From Eledone cirrhosa (Eukaryota), in assembly GCA_964016885.1 (NCBI GenBank), contig OZ024753.1, positions 2,790,001 through 2,854,000 of the forward strand: a stretch of DNA of 64,000 nucleotides, read 5' to 3'. The position numbers and the translations under genes are program-made. Each line of letters starts with the position of its first letter. Position 1 is the first letter of the stretch. Positions 39,054 through 52,767 of the stretch are shown here, piece after piece. The notes below the pieces were generated by a model. That model did no database searches. It saw only the letters and a program-made list of their open reading frames with translations, and was not told the DNA's origin.

Positions 39054-39275
39054 GTAATAATAATAAATTTGAAGACTAAAATCCAAAGAGGGCTCGATAA
39101 GGATAAATATATATCAAATATATAAGAACCGTAGAGCAAAAATTTATTAAAATAACAGATTAAAGAATCGCTGCTTTCACTCTTAATGGGATCTTCTGAA
39201 ACTATTTCAGAAGATCCTGTTAAGGGTGAAAGCAGCGATTCTTTGCTTAAACTTGAATCTGTTATTTTAATAAAT
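39054..39275 (-). mobile_element. (TA)n-flanked element with imperfect fold-back 39142-39275
   Basis: Arms centred on 39203; the terminal 76 bp (39054-39129) are identical to 10931-11006, which also abuts (TA)n. Confidence 0.55.
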
Positions 39276-39324
39276 ATATATATTTATATATCATCATCAT
39301 CATCGTTTTTCTCTTTGTTTTCAT

Positions 39325-39545
39325 ATATGCTCACCGACATCCAGAGTTGAGATTGCACTCAGTGCTCCTGTGGGAGCCCCTACATGGACACACTAGAAGA
39401 GGAAGACCAAGGTATGTTGATGCCCTAAGGACAGACACTGGTCTGTTGGAGACGCAGGACATGGCAGCGATAATGAGGGACAGAGACCGCTGGAGAGAAC
39501 TCGTCCATGGATCTCGGGAATTTTACCCGCCTTAGATAGATAGAT
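39325..39545 (+). mobile_element. RTE-like 3' fragment
   Basis: VLLWEPLHGHTRRGRPRYVDALRTDTGL..MRDRDRWR then (TAGA)n. Confidence 0.75.
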
Positions 39546-39737
39546 ATATATATATATAGATAAATATATGTGTATATATATGTGTGTGTATATATATATA
39601 TATATCATTACCAATCACACCCTGCCTGTGTGTTATGTAACTTTCTTAGTACATACTGTTATGTTGATAGACTAAGTGCTTTTACTTATAGTTTCATGAC
39701 TGCTGACTCTGTGAACATCACTGTGCTGAAGTAGTTG

Positions 39738-40292
39738 ATGGTTTGTGTGTGGTTGCTAGTGTGTGAGTCTGTGGTTGTCTGCATGTGGTTGTGTGTGTGT
39801 GGTTGTGTATGTATGGTTGTGTGTGTGTGTGGGGGGGGAGTGGTTGTGTGTGTGTGGGGGGAGTGGTTGTGTGTTTGTGGTTGTTTAAGTGTGTTTGTGT
39901 GTGTGCAATTGTGTATGTGTGGTTGTGAGTATGTGTGTATGTGTGTGTGTATGTGTGGTTGTGGGCATGTGTGTATGTGTGGTTGTGGGCATGTGTGTGT
40001 GTGTGTGGTCGTGTTTGTGTGTGTGTGGGGGGGGGGGCATGTGTATTTGTGTGGTCGTGTTTGTGTGTGTATGTGTGGTCGTGAATGTGTGTGTGTTTGT
40101 GTGGTTGTGGGCATGTGTGTGTGTGTGGTTGTGGACCTGTGTGTGGTTGTGGGCATGTGTTTGTGTGGTCGTGTTTATGTGTGTAAGTGGTTGTGTGTGG
40201 CTGTGTGTGGGTGTTTGTGTCGTAGTGAGTATGTGTATGTGGTTGTGTATAGTTGTGAGTATGTATGGTTGTGTTTGTGTGTATGTGTATAT
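39738..40292. repeat. (GT)n-derived degenerate minisatellite
   Basis: gtgtgtggttgtgggcat-like units. Confidence 0.9.
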
Positions 40293-43200
40293 TTTCTCAC
40301 TCCTTTCTCTACCTCACCTTCACACCTCTTTTGGCCCCACCCCCCGCCCCTTATTATTACATTCTCTTCAGACAGTTTATCAATTAATTAAGAAATCTAT
40401 TTAGAATCTGAATGGATAATTGGATTTTAACACAAAGTTCTAAATGTGACCATTGGTTTAGGAATATAAACAAAAGAAACATTTTATTGTTTGTGATGGC
40501 TGTTGTTCAGGTCCATCGCCAGACTCTGGTGGTGAGGAATGGAGGGATTCAAAATATTCTGGGTGGGTAATTTATTTCCATAGTGAATTTTTTAACTAGT
40601 TTTTTTTTGGTTAATAAGTTTTGTTTGTTATTTTTTTATTTATTTATTTTTGTTCTTTGTTCTTGTTTTGAAAAAAACCTTTACAATATCAGGGAATCAA
40701 GGATCATATTTCAGGACATTCTTTTATAAATTCAAATATTTCCAAATTTGAGAGTGCCACATTAACACTAGGGACATACTGCCATCCAGTGTCACCTAAC
40801 CTCTGCTCAGCTTTGGCAACGATCTTGGAATATGTGTAGCCTAAAATATAACCTATTCAGAAGCTGATTAATCCCTCATTAATATATTTCTAATTAAATA
40901 TAACATATATACATTTCCAAATAACTGTGTAAATATTCAACAATTTGAAAAAATTTAGTAAAATAATTATTACATAGCTGGTGTTTGGTATGTAGCTTAA
41001 CAAAACTATTCTTCTATAACACTGCTTTTGATTGCAGTGTGGATGGTTTAAAACAAGAGGTTTATCATCATAGAATTGCAGGATTTTACATGGGTTGGTA
41101 TCAAAAGAGTTAAATATGCTGGATCTCTTTATAAAAGTTGCTTACATAACGCCTGGATTACATGATAACAACACAGTGGATGTGAACCTTTCATGATAGA
41201 TGGGATAGATTGTAGTTATATTATTTATTGAAGTAGCAGATAAAGATAACTATCTTTAATTTTGGATGGTTTTCTATATTCATAAGATCTTGATCAGAAG
41301 GGATAACTTAGCTTAATTAGAAAATGTTTCTGGAAGCTAAAAGTGCCATTCATTGTGACGTATTGATCTGCCTAACAGCTGAATTTTGGGATTACTGTCT
41401 TCATTTGATGAGAACAGCAAGATAGCATTATTAACCCTTTTGTTACCATATTTCTAATGAAATACACTGCCAATGTGTTTCAATTAATTTTGAAAATAAT
41501 AAAGAAATTTGAGGAATTCAGCAAAATAATTAATTTTTTCATTAATAACCTGATGTTAGGAATATCATTTAATTATTAACATCCTGTAATGATTCAGCAG
41601 AAAATGTCTAAAAACTGGTCTGTTAATTCAAATGTTTCAAGTATCTTTAGTTGTAGACAGACTATCAAATATAATTAGTAACAAAGATTATCCTAGAAAT
41701 GTCCCAAACATTCAAAATAGTCTTGTCACCTATTAATTCCCCAAATAAACTTTCAGTATTTATGTTTTCCTATTGTGTTTTGAAGCAGTACAGGACTTTA
41801 AGAGTTACAAAACAGTTCTTGTATAAAATTAGGAGAGGTCTTGATAAAGGTATGAACATTTTAAAATGGGCAATTTTGTCGCATAGAAATGGGGTAGATT
41901 TAGGAGTTTGGTATCAAAAGAATTAAGTAGGTAGTTGTGAAAGAATTGTTATTTTACCCCTATGTCAAATCTGATTGAGCAGACCTCTGACTCAATGCAT
42001 TTCAACTATGACCATCCTGTCATTTTGTGGGATAATTTTTGTGAAATTCTTTTACTGGATTTAATCATTTAATTGTAGCCATGCTGGAGCACTGCTGTGA
42101 AGGGATTTAGTTGATCTTAACGACCCAAATACCTATTGTTTTCATGTCTGGTATTTATATTATCAATTCTTTTTTGGCAAACTGTTAAGCTATGGGACAT
42201 ATAAACAGTAAACCCATGCACACATATACAATGGGCTTCTGCACAGTTGCTGTCAACCAAATTTTACTCACTAGGCATTGGATCAAAGGGAGGCGAACAT
42301 GTTAACCACACAGCCATGTCAGCACTTGGCTGACTTCAAATCCCACCATAGTCAACTTTACCTTTCATTCTCCTGTGATAAAATAAATTGACAGTATGGC
42401 AGTAGAGTGTTGGTATCAATATAATTGAATGTCTCCTCCCTACATATTGCTAGCCTTGTGCCTAAACTAGAAATATTTATCTAATGTCATCATCTTATTT
42501 AAGATAATGATACGGTGTAATTTGAAGATGATTTATCTGTTATTAAGTAACAGGTCATGTGACCATCATTGACAAAACAGTCCAAGGGAAAAGACACAGA
42601 TGTAAATAGCATACACAATAGACTGACTTTGTAAACAAGCAAGGAAGTTGGTGAGGTGGATGGGGTAAAGAATGTTTGGTAGCAACTTAGATGACTGAAT
42701 CAATTGAAAGAACAATCAAATCAATAATGTTGATATTAAATGACTTGTAAAAAAAATAACAAAATTATTGATAATATTTTTGGAAATCTAGACATAAATA
42801 ATTATAACTTATGAAACTTCCTATTATTGTTAAGTTAGATTAGAGTATAGTGCATAATTTGATAAATAACATTTATCATATAGAGATTAAATAGTGGTAA
42901 ATAGATGAAAAATACAACAACAAAAAAGTTTTAGTTTAGATGTTGTCTTCCTGTTTCTTCTACAATAACTACAATGGTACGCGATGGGGCCCACCCAATA
43001 TATATATTGTGAAGTTGTGAGTTTGATTCTCAGACTGAGCTTTGCGTTGTGTTCTTGAGCAAGACACTTTATTTCACATTGCTCCTCTTCACTCAGCTGT
43101 AGAAATGTGTTGCAACGCCACTATTACTAAGCTGTATTGGACAATTCCTTGTTGGAAAGAGTTGGTGTCTTGGTATTTAGCAACCTAAGCCAGCCCTACT

Positions 43201-44298
43201 ATGTATGACCCCCTTTTACCAGTTATGTGCCCTATTTATTCTCCAAAATAATTTCAACTTACAGTTTTGTAAGCTGGTGAACCTTTGAAACTTCTTGTTC
43301 TGACTTCCCTAAGGTAAATGACTAAATCTACATTTTCCACTACACAGTACACACTCACCCATGCCAAATCATGTGACAGGTTCCAACACTATATAACTAC
43401 TTTCTCTACTGCTTTGGGTATTTTTACAACTCTGCTATTTGGCAAACATGCTTAGCAACTTATCTAATGATTGCATAAAATGATTATGTATTTAGTTTAA
43501 TTATAAAAAAAAAATTGTCTAGAATTGTGATCCTTTAAGTTACAGAAATCATCTCCCTATAGACTATGCCTCAGGTAGCTGCTAAGTTGGTCAAATGGTA
43601 GCACTGGCCCTGTTATCTGTTGATTTTTAAGATAAGAGTTGAAGGAGATAAATATAGTAGGCCTTGGTATAAACGTATATACAATGTATTGTGTATGTTT
43701 GAATATGTATGTGTGTATGTGGACATGTCTGAATGCATACGGGTGTATGTGGACATGTGTGTATGTGTACATGTGTGTTTGGAGTATGTGAGTGTTTCTG
43801 TGTGAGTGTTTAAGTGTTTTTATTCGCCAATGTCATCATACTCCAGAAACTATTCACTGAACAAAGATGTAAGTAATTTCATATTTCACTAATCTACTTT
43901 AAAACTGACTAATTATCTTACAGTTGCACTGAATAAACTCTAAACTCAGCAATACTCACAATGTTGCACCTGGCAATCACCTTGAAAAACTTATTACCTT
44001 CTCTTGTCTGCACTTGTTAACTTCTACAAGTAACTCATTACATAATACTGCAATTGTTTAGTTCTTACAGTATTAATATCACCCTTATCTTTCGTAAGGT
44101 ACATTAGTTTTTAGTACATGCCTGAATTAATGCATATACTGTACACGTTTCAACGTATACTTACATTATACAGACACACACAAATAGTCTCACACACACA
44201 CACACACACAAATAGTCTCACACACACACACACACACAAATAGTCTCACACACACACACACACACACAAATAGTCTCACACACACACACACACACACA

Positions 44299-44339
<41 letters not shown>

Positions 44340-44444
44340 GGAGCCCATTAAAATATGTGTGTGCGTGTTTGTCTGTGTTTGTTTGTGTATGTTTGTGTGT
44401 TTGTGTGCATACCTGCGTATGGGTGTGTGTTTTTGTGTGCATAC

Positions 44445-44480
<36 letters not shown>

Positions 44481-47400
44481 TTGTGTGCATAGCTGTGTGT
44501 GTGTTTGTGTGCATACCTGTGTATATGTATGTGTATGTGTGTATTCCTGTGTATATGTATGTGGAATATATCAATATACTACATATATGTACCAATTACA
44601 TATGGAGGTAATTTCTCTGTTGTATTGAAGTGAACAACTCACAGCTACATATTACATGTTTCTAGCATTTTAAATTATGTTTCTTATTTTATTTTACATT
44701 CTGAGTGCATTATAAAAAAGTTACCTAACATACTTAACTGCCTGCTAACATAAGTAGTAATAATATACAATAAAATGGTCAACTAAAACATATAAGCAGA
44801 CCTCAATATATCTAACCAATGAAATAACTTCACAAAATTTATATCTCTTTAAAATGACATCTACCAAAAAAAAATAAAATAAAATAAAAAAATAAAAATC
44901 TACAGCCATCTCTTGCAATCAAGAATGACTTGGTAAACTGTACTATGGTATTATGGTGGTGAATTGGCAGAGTCATTAGAACGTTGGCTAGAATACTTTG
45001 AGGTATTCCCTTCAGTCTCTACTCTCTGAGTTCAAATCCCGCCGAGGTAAACTTTGCCTGTCATCCATTGAAGGTTGATAAAAAAGTACCAGTCAAGTAC
45101 TGGGATCAGTTCTTCCTCTATATCTCTTTCTCACTTCCTTTCTCTCTCTCTCTCTATCCTTCTCTGGAAGAAATCTGCTGTATTTATGCCTGGAGAGGAG
45201 ATGGGCTCTACCAGGTTTACAAAATGCCTTAGAAACGCTGTATGTCAATACGGTGCCCCGATGACTCCCCCAGGAGTTACAGTAGCATACATACTCATAT
45301 ATATATACTCATATATATATACTTACTAAAGAGTTTTTAAGTACCTATACAAGACATAGGATTAATACGCTGTGTGGAATTCAGCCTATGACTAAGCAGG
45401 TAAATGTGACCCCTAAATCATAGTGAATGCAACCTATCTAGGAGAGCAGTCACTCCAAATAAGACTGAGCAGGGTAGACGTGGTAAGGTGTTGGACTTAT
45501 GATCATAACATCATGGCTTTCATTCCTGGACTGGGTTGTATGTGGTGTTTTTGAGTAAAAACACTTCATTTCACGTTGCTCCAATATACACAACTAAAAC
45601 ATGAGTACCAGCAGTAGCTGGAGTTTTATCTCTGCGATGGACTGGCATCTGGTCAAGGGGGAAATCTTCTACTCTCAGTCACTTATCGCTACAGAAACCA
45701 AGATAAGCACAGGCCTGATGAGCCTCCAGGCTTGATTGAAACAAACTTTAGATTTTTAGGGTAGATGTGGGCTCTGTATATCATAGCTAGGAGAGTAGTC
45801 ACACTGCATAAAAAACTGATACAGAACAGAAAGGAGACTTAAATCCTGTCAAAGAATCTCTCTAGTACTGGTGGCATTAAAAAATGCCTTCCAGCAGATA
45901 CTGTAAAATGATTGGTGATAGAAAGGGTATCCAGCCAGAAAAATTCTGTGAAAATGTCATGACTAAGCACAATTCATAACATACATACTACAGAGTATAT
46001 ACTGTATACAGAGTCTATATTATGCATACTGTAGATAGGATAATGGTTTTAGCTGACCAGATACCTATTCTTGCAGCTAGATGAGACAGCATTTGAGAGA
46101 AACAACTTTTCTGCTCAGAAATACTTGCAGCAGATAAGAACTCATCTATGAAAAGGGGACCAGTTAAGCTCTTTGGGATAGAAAGTCCAATGGCAGTATA
46201 GTTAAAATTGTAAAAAAACATTTGGAAACATTGTAATATTATAATTGAGATATTTTAAATGACAAGATCCTGAAACATGAGATAAGTGTTGACATACAAA
46301 TGTTTCAATTTATGCCCAACCCAAAACATATTGGAACTACTTGGAATGTGTTTGTGTGTTTGAGAGAGAGTATGTCCATGTATATAGGAATGTGTGTGAT
46401 TCATTAAAAACATAGCCACCCAGTTGTGAATGATAGGAGGAGATTGTGGAAATTGCTTACAAGACATATTCTTAGATGTCTACTTTTGAAACTGGATACT
46501 TTATTTCACCTGATGTTCAGATCTATGTAATATCAGGCAAATGGTCCCAATCTACAATCTATTTTGAATCCCTCTCTTCCTTCTTCCTCTACATTAATTT
46601 CTCGCTTCTTTCTTTCTTTAACTTCTTTTCTTCTTTACTGCATCTACTAGTCTAATTCTTCCATTTTCATTTTAAATTCAGGACAAGGCCTCCAATAGAA
46701 ATTTTACAAGCAATGCAACACTGTTTTGAACACTGGGCGTGGGAAAGATCTCAAAATTCAAGAGAGCTGTGATATTTTATTGGCCAGTGGGAAGTGTAAG
46801 AGAATCTCAGTCCTTATGCTTCCACCAGGTTTAACATGCCAAAGACATGCTGTGTATCTGTGTATCAGGATGGCACTCTTACAACTTCATCAGGAGTTAT
46901 AGGGCCTTTTACTTGTTTTTAATCCTGTTTTGTTCTGCTCTTCCTGTGTCATTCTATTAGCTACCCACCCCTCACTAACAGAACAAATTTCACTAGAATG
47001 ATACCACATACATAATTGAAAAAAGTATGAAGATCATAAAATATCATTTGTCATTCTATAAATCTAACTTCTGAGATGTTTCTGTACACATCACCAGAAC
47101 TTATCATGATAAGGCAGAAGATGAAGAATGAAGGGATGTCTGCAGGAAACCAAGTCAGAAAATAATTTTTGATACCCAGTTATAGCTATTTCACATCACT
47201 TATATTTCTAATGCCTTTAGTAATGGTAAAAACATTTTAAAACTTCCATTCCTCATCACCTAAAATTTTAAGGCTTTATGCCAATATTAAAAACCAAAAA
47301 TCAATATTATTATTTATGAGAAATGTTCCCTATTTCTATTTTCATTATTATTAAACACATTTTATTGATTTCCAATTAATAATGGGAAAAGAAATTCTAT

Positions 47401-47759
47401 GAAATATTTAAAAAGAATAAAAAAAAACATTATACATTGAAAATAAATGTTTTTCTATTATTCTCATCCTACTCGTTTTGTGTTGCTGGCACTATTATCT
47501 ACTGAAATTCCATTGTGAAACAGAACAATCACAAATAGATCATATAAAATATTGCTGCCTGTTCAATACCAACATATTAATTTAGGATAGCAATATTCTG
47601 GTTTCTTGAGACATTAATCTGAGGGAAAAAGGCCCACAGCTAAGCAACATATTTGGATATTTGACAACCAGATGAATTACTCTTGCTTTGTATACCAGCA
47701 GAAGGAATGGTTTTTGTTCCCTAGAGATATTGCATTTCAAATGGCTTTGTTGTTCTTGC

Positions 47760-48230
47760 TATATTGAATGAGAGGAGTTACATCTCGAGAAAATCTACTT
47801 GGTTAATCTGTATAAAGTCACTCACTATCATTCTTCACAATCTCGCTGACAGATGTGCTATCTTCTCCTTCTGCTTCTACTACCATACCTACAATGGTCC
47901 CTGCTTCTTAAAGCTTGCTAGTCTCATTCCAACTTCATTGAAAGACTTCCAAATCATTCATCTTCCCTCATTTCTTCACCTGTGTTGCATTCAGCCTCCC
48001 TCATTCTAAACTAATCATTATGCCCAATTCTTTCTGTTCAGAACCTTGGCACTCTGGAACTCTCATTGTGCTCATGTCTTTCTAAAAGGAGTGGACATGC
48101 AAGAGTTTAAGCAAAAGGTCAGTGGCATCAATCACTCTGATCTTGGGGGTCCTGTGAAGGTTATGGACACTGCTCTTTCATCCAACTTAACTAAGTATAA
48201 AGAAATGAGAAAATCTCACATAGATATGTA
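47760..48230 (+). mobile_element. Old LINE C-terminal relic (CR1/Jockey-group-like)
   Basis: Degenerate frames such as FCFYYHTYNGPC and ALWNS...VF, typical of RT C-termini; many frameshifts. Confidence 0.4.
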
Positions 48231-49067
48231 AGCACTAACATATTTGATATTGAGAGCTAAGGAATTTTAATTCATTCAAATTACACCCATAGTTATAAAA
48301 ATCAATCATATCAATGAAGAAAGGCAGCTCATATTGCTGAAAGACTGACATCCTATCCAGGAGAAATGTTTCTGCTATATATCAACATCATTTATCATTG
48401 ATATTTCCAATGAAAAAAAAGATGAGTGAAGTTTGCATTGATTAATTTAGATCTCCTGATATTCCAATGTTAGATTGTATTACAAAATATAACTGCTGTT
48501 GATGGCATCAATAGAGTGTTGGCCTATCAATGGAATGTCTGATAGCATGTATACTATAAACGGTTGGTGGTGAATTGGTAAAATTGTTAGAATATCAGAT
48601 AGAGTGATTTGCATTATTGTTCTGGCTCTCTTCTCTTTGAGTTCAAAACCTGCTGAAGTCAACTTCTTACAAAGTGGATAAAAAAGTACCAGTCAAGTAC
48701 TAGGGTCAATTTTTCCTTTATCACTCTTATCTCTCTCCTTTTCTGGAAAAAAATAGCCAGATTTAAAATGCTCTAGGCATTATGTCCTTGAGCAAGACAC
48801 TTTATTTCATGTTGCTCCTTCTGCCAAGAGTTGCAACTAGTAGATATTATTAGGAATTGGAAAGACCACTAGAAACATTGTTTCCTTGGACCAGTCTGAT
48901 GAGTTCAACCTTACTCAGTAAGTGAATGAGGTCTGGGACCTTGTTGCTTCAGACTACATTTATTTTAAACATAATAGATTCAGAACTATATTAGCTGATG
49001 TGTACTTCACTTTTTAAGAGAGTAAGGTGCAATTTGAAGCATTGAGAGTGCATTTAGTTGCAACTTT

Positions 49068-49454
49068 TTACAGGTCAAGTGCCAAAAAATGTATACACAC
49101 TTTGATTACCTGTACAGACATATTTCAATTGTATGTAAACATGCAAACATGTTTACATAATTTAAATAATTGTTTCTACTTTTGGCACAAGGCCAGCAAT
49201 TATCCAGTACATTACTGGTACTTTATTTTATCGACCCCATAAGGATGAAAGGTAAAGTTAACCTCGGCGGGATTTGAACTCAGAATGGCAAGGGCCGTAA
49301 CTCTATGCGTCAAAGCATGGCGTCCAACCCTCTACCGATACTGCCAATTCACCGCCCTTACATAATTTAAATAATGCATATTAAACAATTTATTTTAATG
49401 CATTTTTTTTTTTTTGCTGTTGAAGTGTGTATACATTTTCTGGAACACTCTGTA
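49068..49454. mobile_element. Tc1/mariner-type MITE hosting the 49171 SINE
   Basis: Inverted ends aaaatgtatacacactt / aagtgtgtatacatttt, closing with ctgta. Confidence 0.55.
49171..49357 (-). mobile_element. tRNA-derived SINE family A, full-length, with 18-bp TSD
   Basis: A box TGGCAGTATCGG, B box GAGTTCAAATCC; TSD ttacataatttaaataat at 49153-49170 and 49358-49375. Confidence 0.9.
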
Positions 49455-50298
49455 TATTAAAGAGAGGAGTTTGGAGACATGCCATATAGTGTTGAATTAC
49501 ACTCCTAATATGGGCATATTGTCTAAAGAGATATTTGAAGTCAATAAGCATAATCACCCATTAAAGGGTATACCTGTTTAAGAAGTTTGAAGCAATTGGA
49601 TATATATATATATATCACACATCAACATCATGATATAAATTTTAGTTGATATTGATTACAAAATATATCTGCATAATTCTTTGCAGCAAGGAGGAAAAAA
49701 ATACGGTGCCGTGAACCACTAATTTGTAATATTAACCCTTTAGCATTTAAACCAGCTGTAGCCAGCCAGAATTTGCTCACCTCTTTCTGTTCCAACCAGC
49801 CATAACCGGCTGCTCATACTGATGTTGATGTATTGTTCTCAAAATAAATAATATCGAAATCACATTGATTCGATATTATGTGAGATAATTATGTAAGACA
49901 TAGCCTTCACTATAAAAATACAATAGAAAATATAGAGTAATGTAAATGCTTAAGGGTTGAGCTATGTAGTGTAAAATGTAACTAATAAAAACTACAAGAA
50001 CATCAACAGAGAGATCTTTGATTATTATACGAATGGAAAGTTGGCAATAAGTGGTGTAGCTTGCTTGAAAGCCAAATATTTTATGTTTGAATGTATAGAA
50101 ATATAAACATTTCCTTTAGTCAGAAAAATCATTTTCAGAACAAAAACGGAGTATATACATACATATATGTACATATATATATATATACATACAAGTATAT
50201 ATACATACATACATATATACATATAGACACATCTAAAAAATATACATATATCATCATCATCATTGTTTGACGTCCATTTCTCACACTAGCATGGGTTA

Positions 50299-50360
<62 letters not shown>

Positions 50361-51198
50361 TATCTATTTATGTTCACATATGGAACAATGGCGCTACCCA
50401 AGATTTCAAGGCCCAAATTTAGCCATACTTCCAGATACAAGAGACATCAAATTAGTGACCTTTCTTCATGTGCTTATATGATTTTATAAGACCATACATA
50501 CATATTCATGTTATAAAATATCGATGAACTGAAGTTGCGTTTGTATCACTACATTCAATAAATAATGGTGTAATCGGGTTCAAGCACTCAACATCATGTG
50601 TGTCCTCCAATTCCATAGTACATGAAGTACATAGTACATCAATTGGATTATATGTATGATAATAATAATAATAATAATTGTTTATACTTTTGGCACAAGG
50701 CCAGCAATTACTCAGTGCATTACTAATACTTTATTTTATCGACCCTGTAAGGATGAAAGGCAAAGTTAACCTCGGCGGGATTTGAACTCAGAATGATAAG
50801 GGGACGTAACTACGCTGGAAAGCATGTCCAACCTTTCTACCAATACTGCCAATTAATAATACAAGGCTATATATTCACAATTCTTTTTATTGTGTAATAT
50901 GTTGTAATACGTATTTTTGTGGTGGTGTTATTAATTATGTAATGCTGATATCACTCAATTACTGACACAACTTCTTCAGATAGTATCTTAGGGAAATCTT
51001 TTATGATGTAATATATTTCTTATGCAACACAACCTATTAATATTGAAAATATTTATTTTCAACGTTCTGTTTTCAAAACCCCATCACCGTATATATATAT
51101 ATATATATATGTATATACATGCACACACGTACATACTTGCACATATATACATTCATTCTCATTTAGACATACATACTCTTATGTATGCATACATATAC

Positions 51199-51256
<58 letters not shown>

Positions 51257-51560
51257 AAGTGAGAGAGGTTTGATATCTGAGAAAAATAATGGAATAAATA
51301 ATGGAGAGAGAGAGAGAATGTGTGTGCAGATGTGTGTGCATGTGTGTGTATGTGTGTGTGCATGTGTGTGTATGTGTGTGTGCATGTGTGTGTATGTGTG
51401 GAGGGAAGGAAATGATAGGAGCTACACAATATTTATATTCTTATATATTTTTAGTTAATAATGTATTGTGTTACGTATTCTTTCTAATTTCCCAGTTTGT
51501 GTTTCAACTGGATACACCCGAGTTAACAGAGATGATTTAACAGTTAATCTACACTGCTGC

Positions 51561-51666
51561 GAACAACAACAACAGCAACAACAACAGCAATAATAATGAT
51601 AGTAATAATAATAGTGATAGTAATAATAATAATAATAATAGCCACAACAACAACAACAACAACAAC

Positions 51667-51701
<35 letters not shown>

Positions 51702-52210
51702 CAACAAAGACAATGAAAACAGTACTAACTTCAACAACAACAACAACAGCATTAACAACAACAATAACAACAGCAGCACTAACAGCAACAACAGAAACAA
51801 TATGACTATCAACAACAACAACAACAACGGCAATAACAACACTAACATCAAAAACAAGAATAACCACAACAACAACAACTACAATACTGACAACAACACT
51901 AACATCAAAAACAAGAGTAACCACAACAACAACAACACTAACAACCACACTCACCACGATAACAATAGCAACACTAGCGACAGTAACAACAACACACGAA
52001 CCCCCATACTACCACCACCACAACAACTAGAACACTGACAACAACAACACTAACCACCACCAACCACAACAGCAACAACAACAAAAACAACAACAGCAAC
52101 AACAAAAACAACAACCCACTAACCACCACCACCACCACCGCCACAACAACAACAACAACAGCAGCAATACTATTCACAACAATAGAAACAAAAACAACTA
52201 CTATTACTAC
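51561..52210. repeat. (AAC)n/(AAT)n/(ACC)n trinucleotide array abutting the Ig exon donor
   Basis: Direct inspection. Confidence 0.95.
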
Positions 52211-52217
52211 TGCTTAC

Positions 52218-52431
52218 CTTTCACTGTTAGATGTACCAAACGAAAGAGTTTATTAGAGGAACTAACTTGACACTCGTACACTCCTGAACGGGAGATTTGA
52301 ACGTCTTTAATGAGCAAATTCCACTCGTGTGTTTGGTTGTTATGAACCACAGAGATATTGGCGTCGTCTATAAACGTGTATGTACCAACTGTAAGTGGTT
52401 CTTGCTTTGGATACTTTTTCAACCAAGAAAC
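52218..52431 (-). CDS. Internal exon encoding most of an Ig V-type domain of a Dpr/Zig-8-like neuronal cell-surface protein
   Basis: Pyrimidine-rich tract and TGTTAACAG acceptor before 52431; AAG|GTAAGC donor after 52218; 214 nt, phase 0 to phase 1. Translation VSWLKKYPKQEPLTVGTYTFIDDANISVVHNNQTHEWNLLIKDVQISRSGVYECQVSSSNKLFRLVHLTVK has the Dpr Ig1 pattern VSW..LTVG.YT..D..EW.L.I....SGVYECQVS. The upstream exon with the first Cys was not found. Confidence 0.9.
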
Positions 52432-52767
52432 CTGTTAACAGAATGAACACAATTTAGAAAAGGGGAAAGAAAAAAAAATTAGGAAATAGGAGAAACAAGA
52501 GTACAAAGAAAAAGTAATTTCTTAATTTTCCTGTGCAGTCTATCGTTTTATTGGATATATTGATGAGAAAAACACCCGCCAAACATAATAAAAGAGGTCT
52601 AAAATGTTGGTAGAAAATTCAAGTAACACAATTTAACAGTATTTTCATTACATTTTTTAACTGAATTTCTCAGTTGAATGAAGATGAGATAAAGTTAAAG
52701 AAGTTGTATACAGTGTTTGGCGATCAACAGTTTGAATCTTGGAATTCATTTTACATTGTGGCTTCCT

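Noticed and set aside
49171-49357. tRNA gene
   Set aside because: Has A and B boxes but no cloverleaf; multi-copy with TSD, so a SINE.
50901-50985. Minus-strand CTGAAGA ... AAAA-T-ACGT-A-TT hammerhead relic (similar weak case at 16005-16062)
   Set aside because: GAAA is mutated here (the 16005 case lacks the NUH site) and stem I does not pair; cannot be separated from chance by eye.
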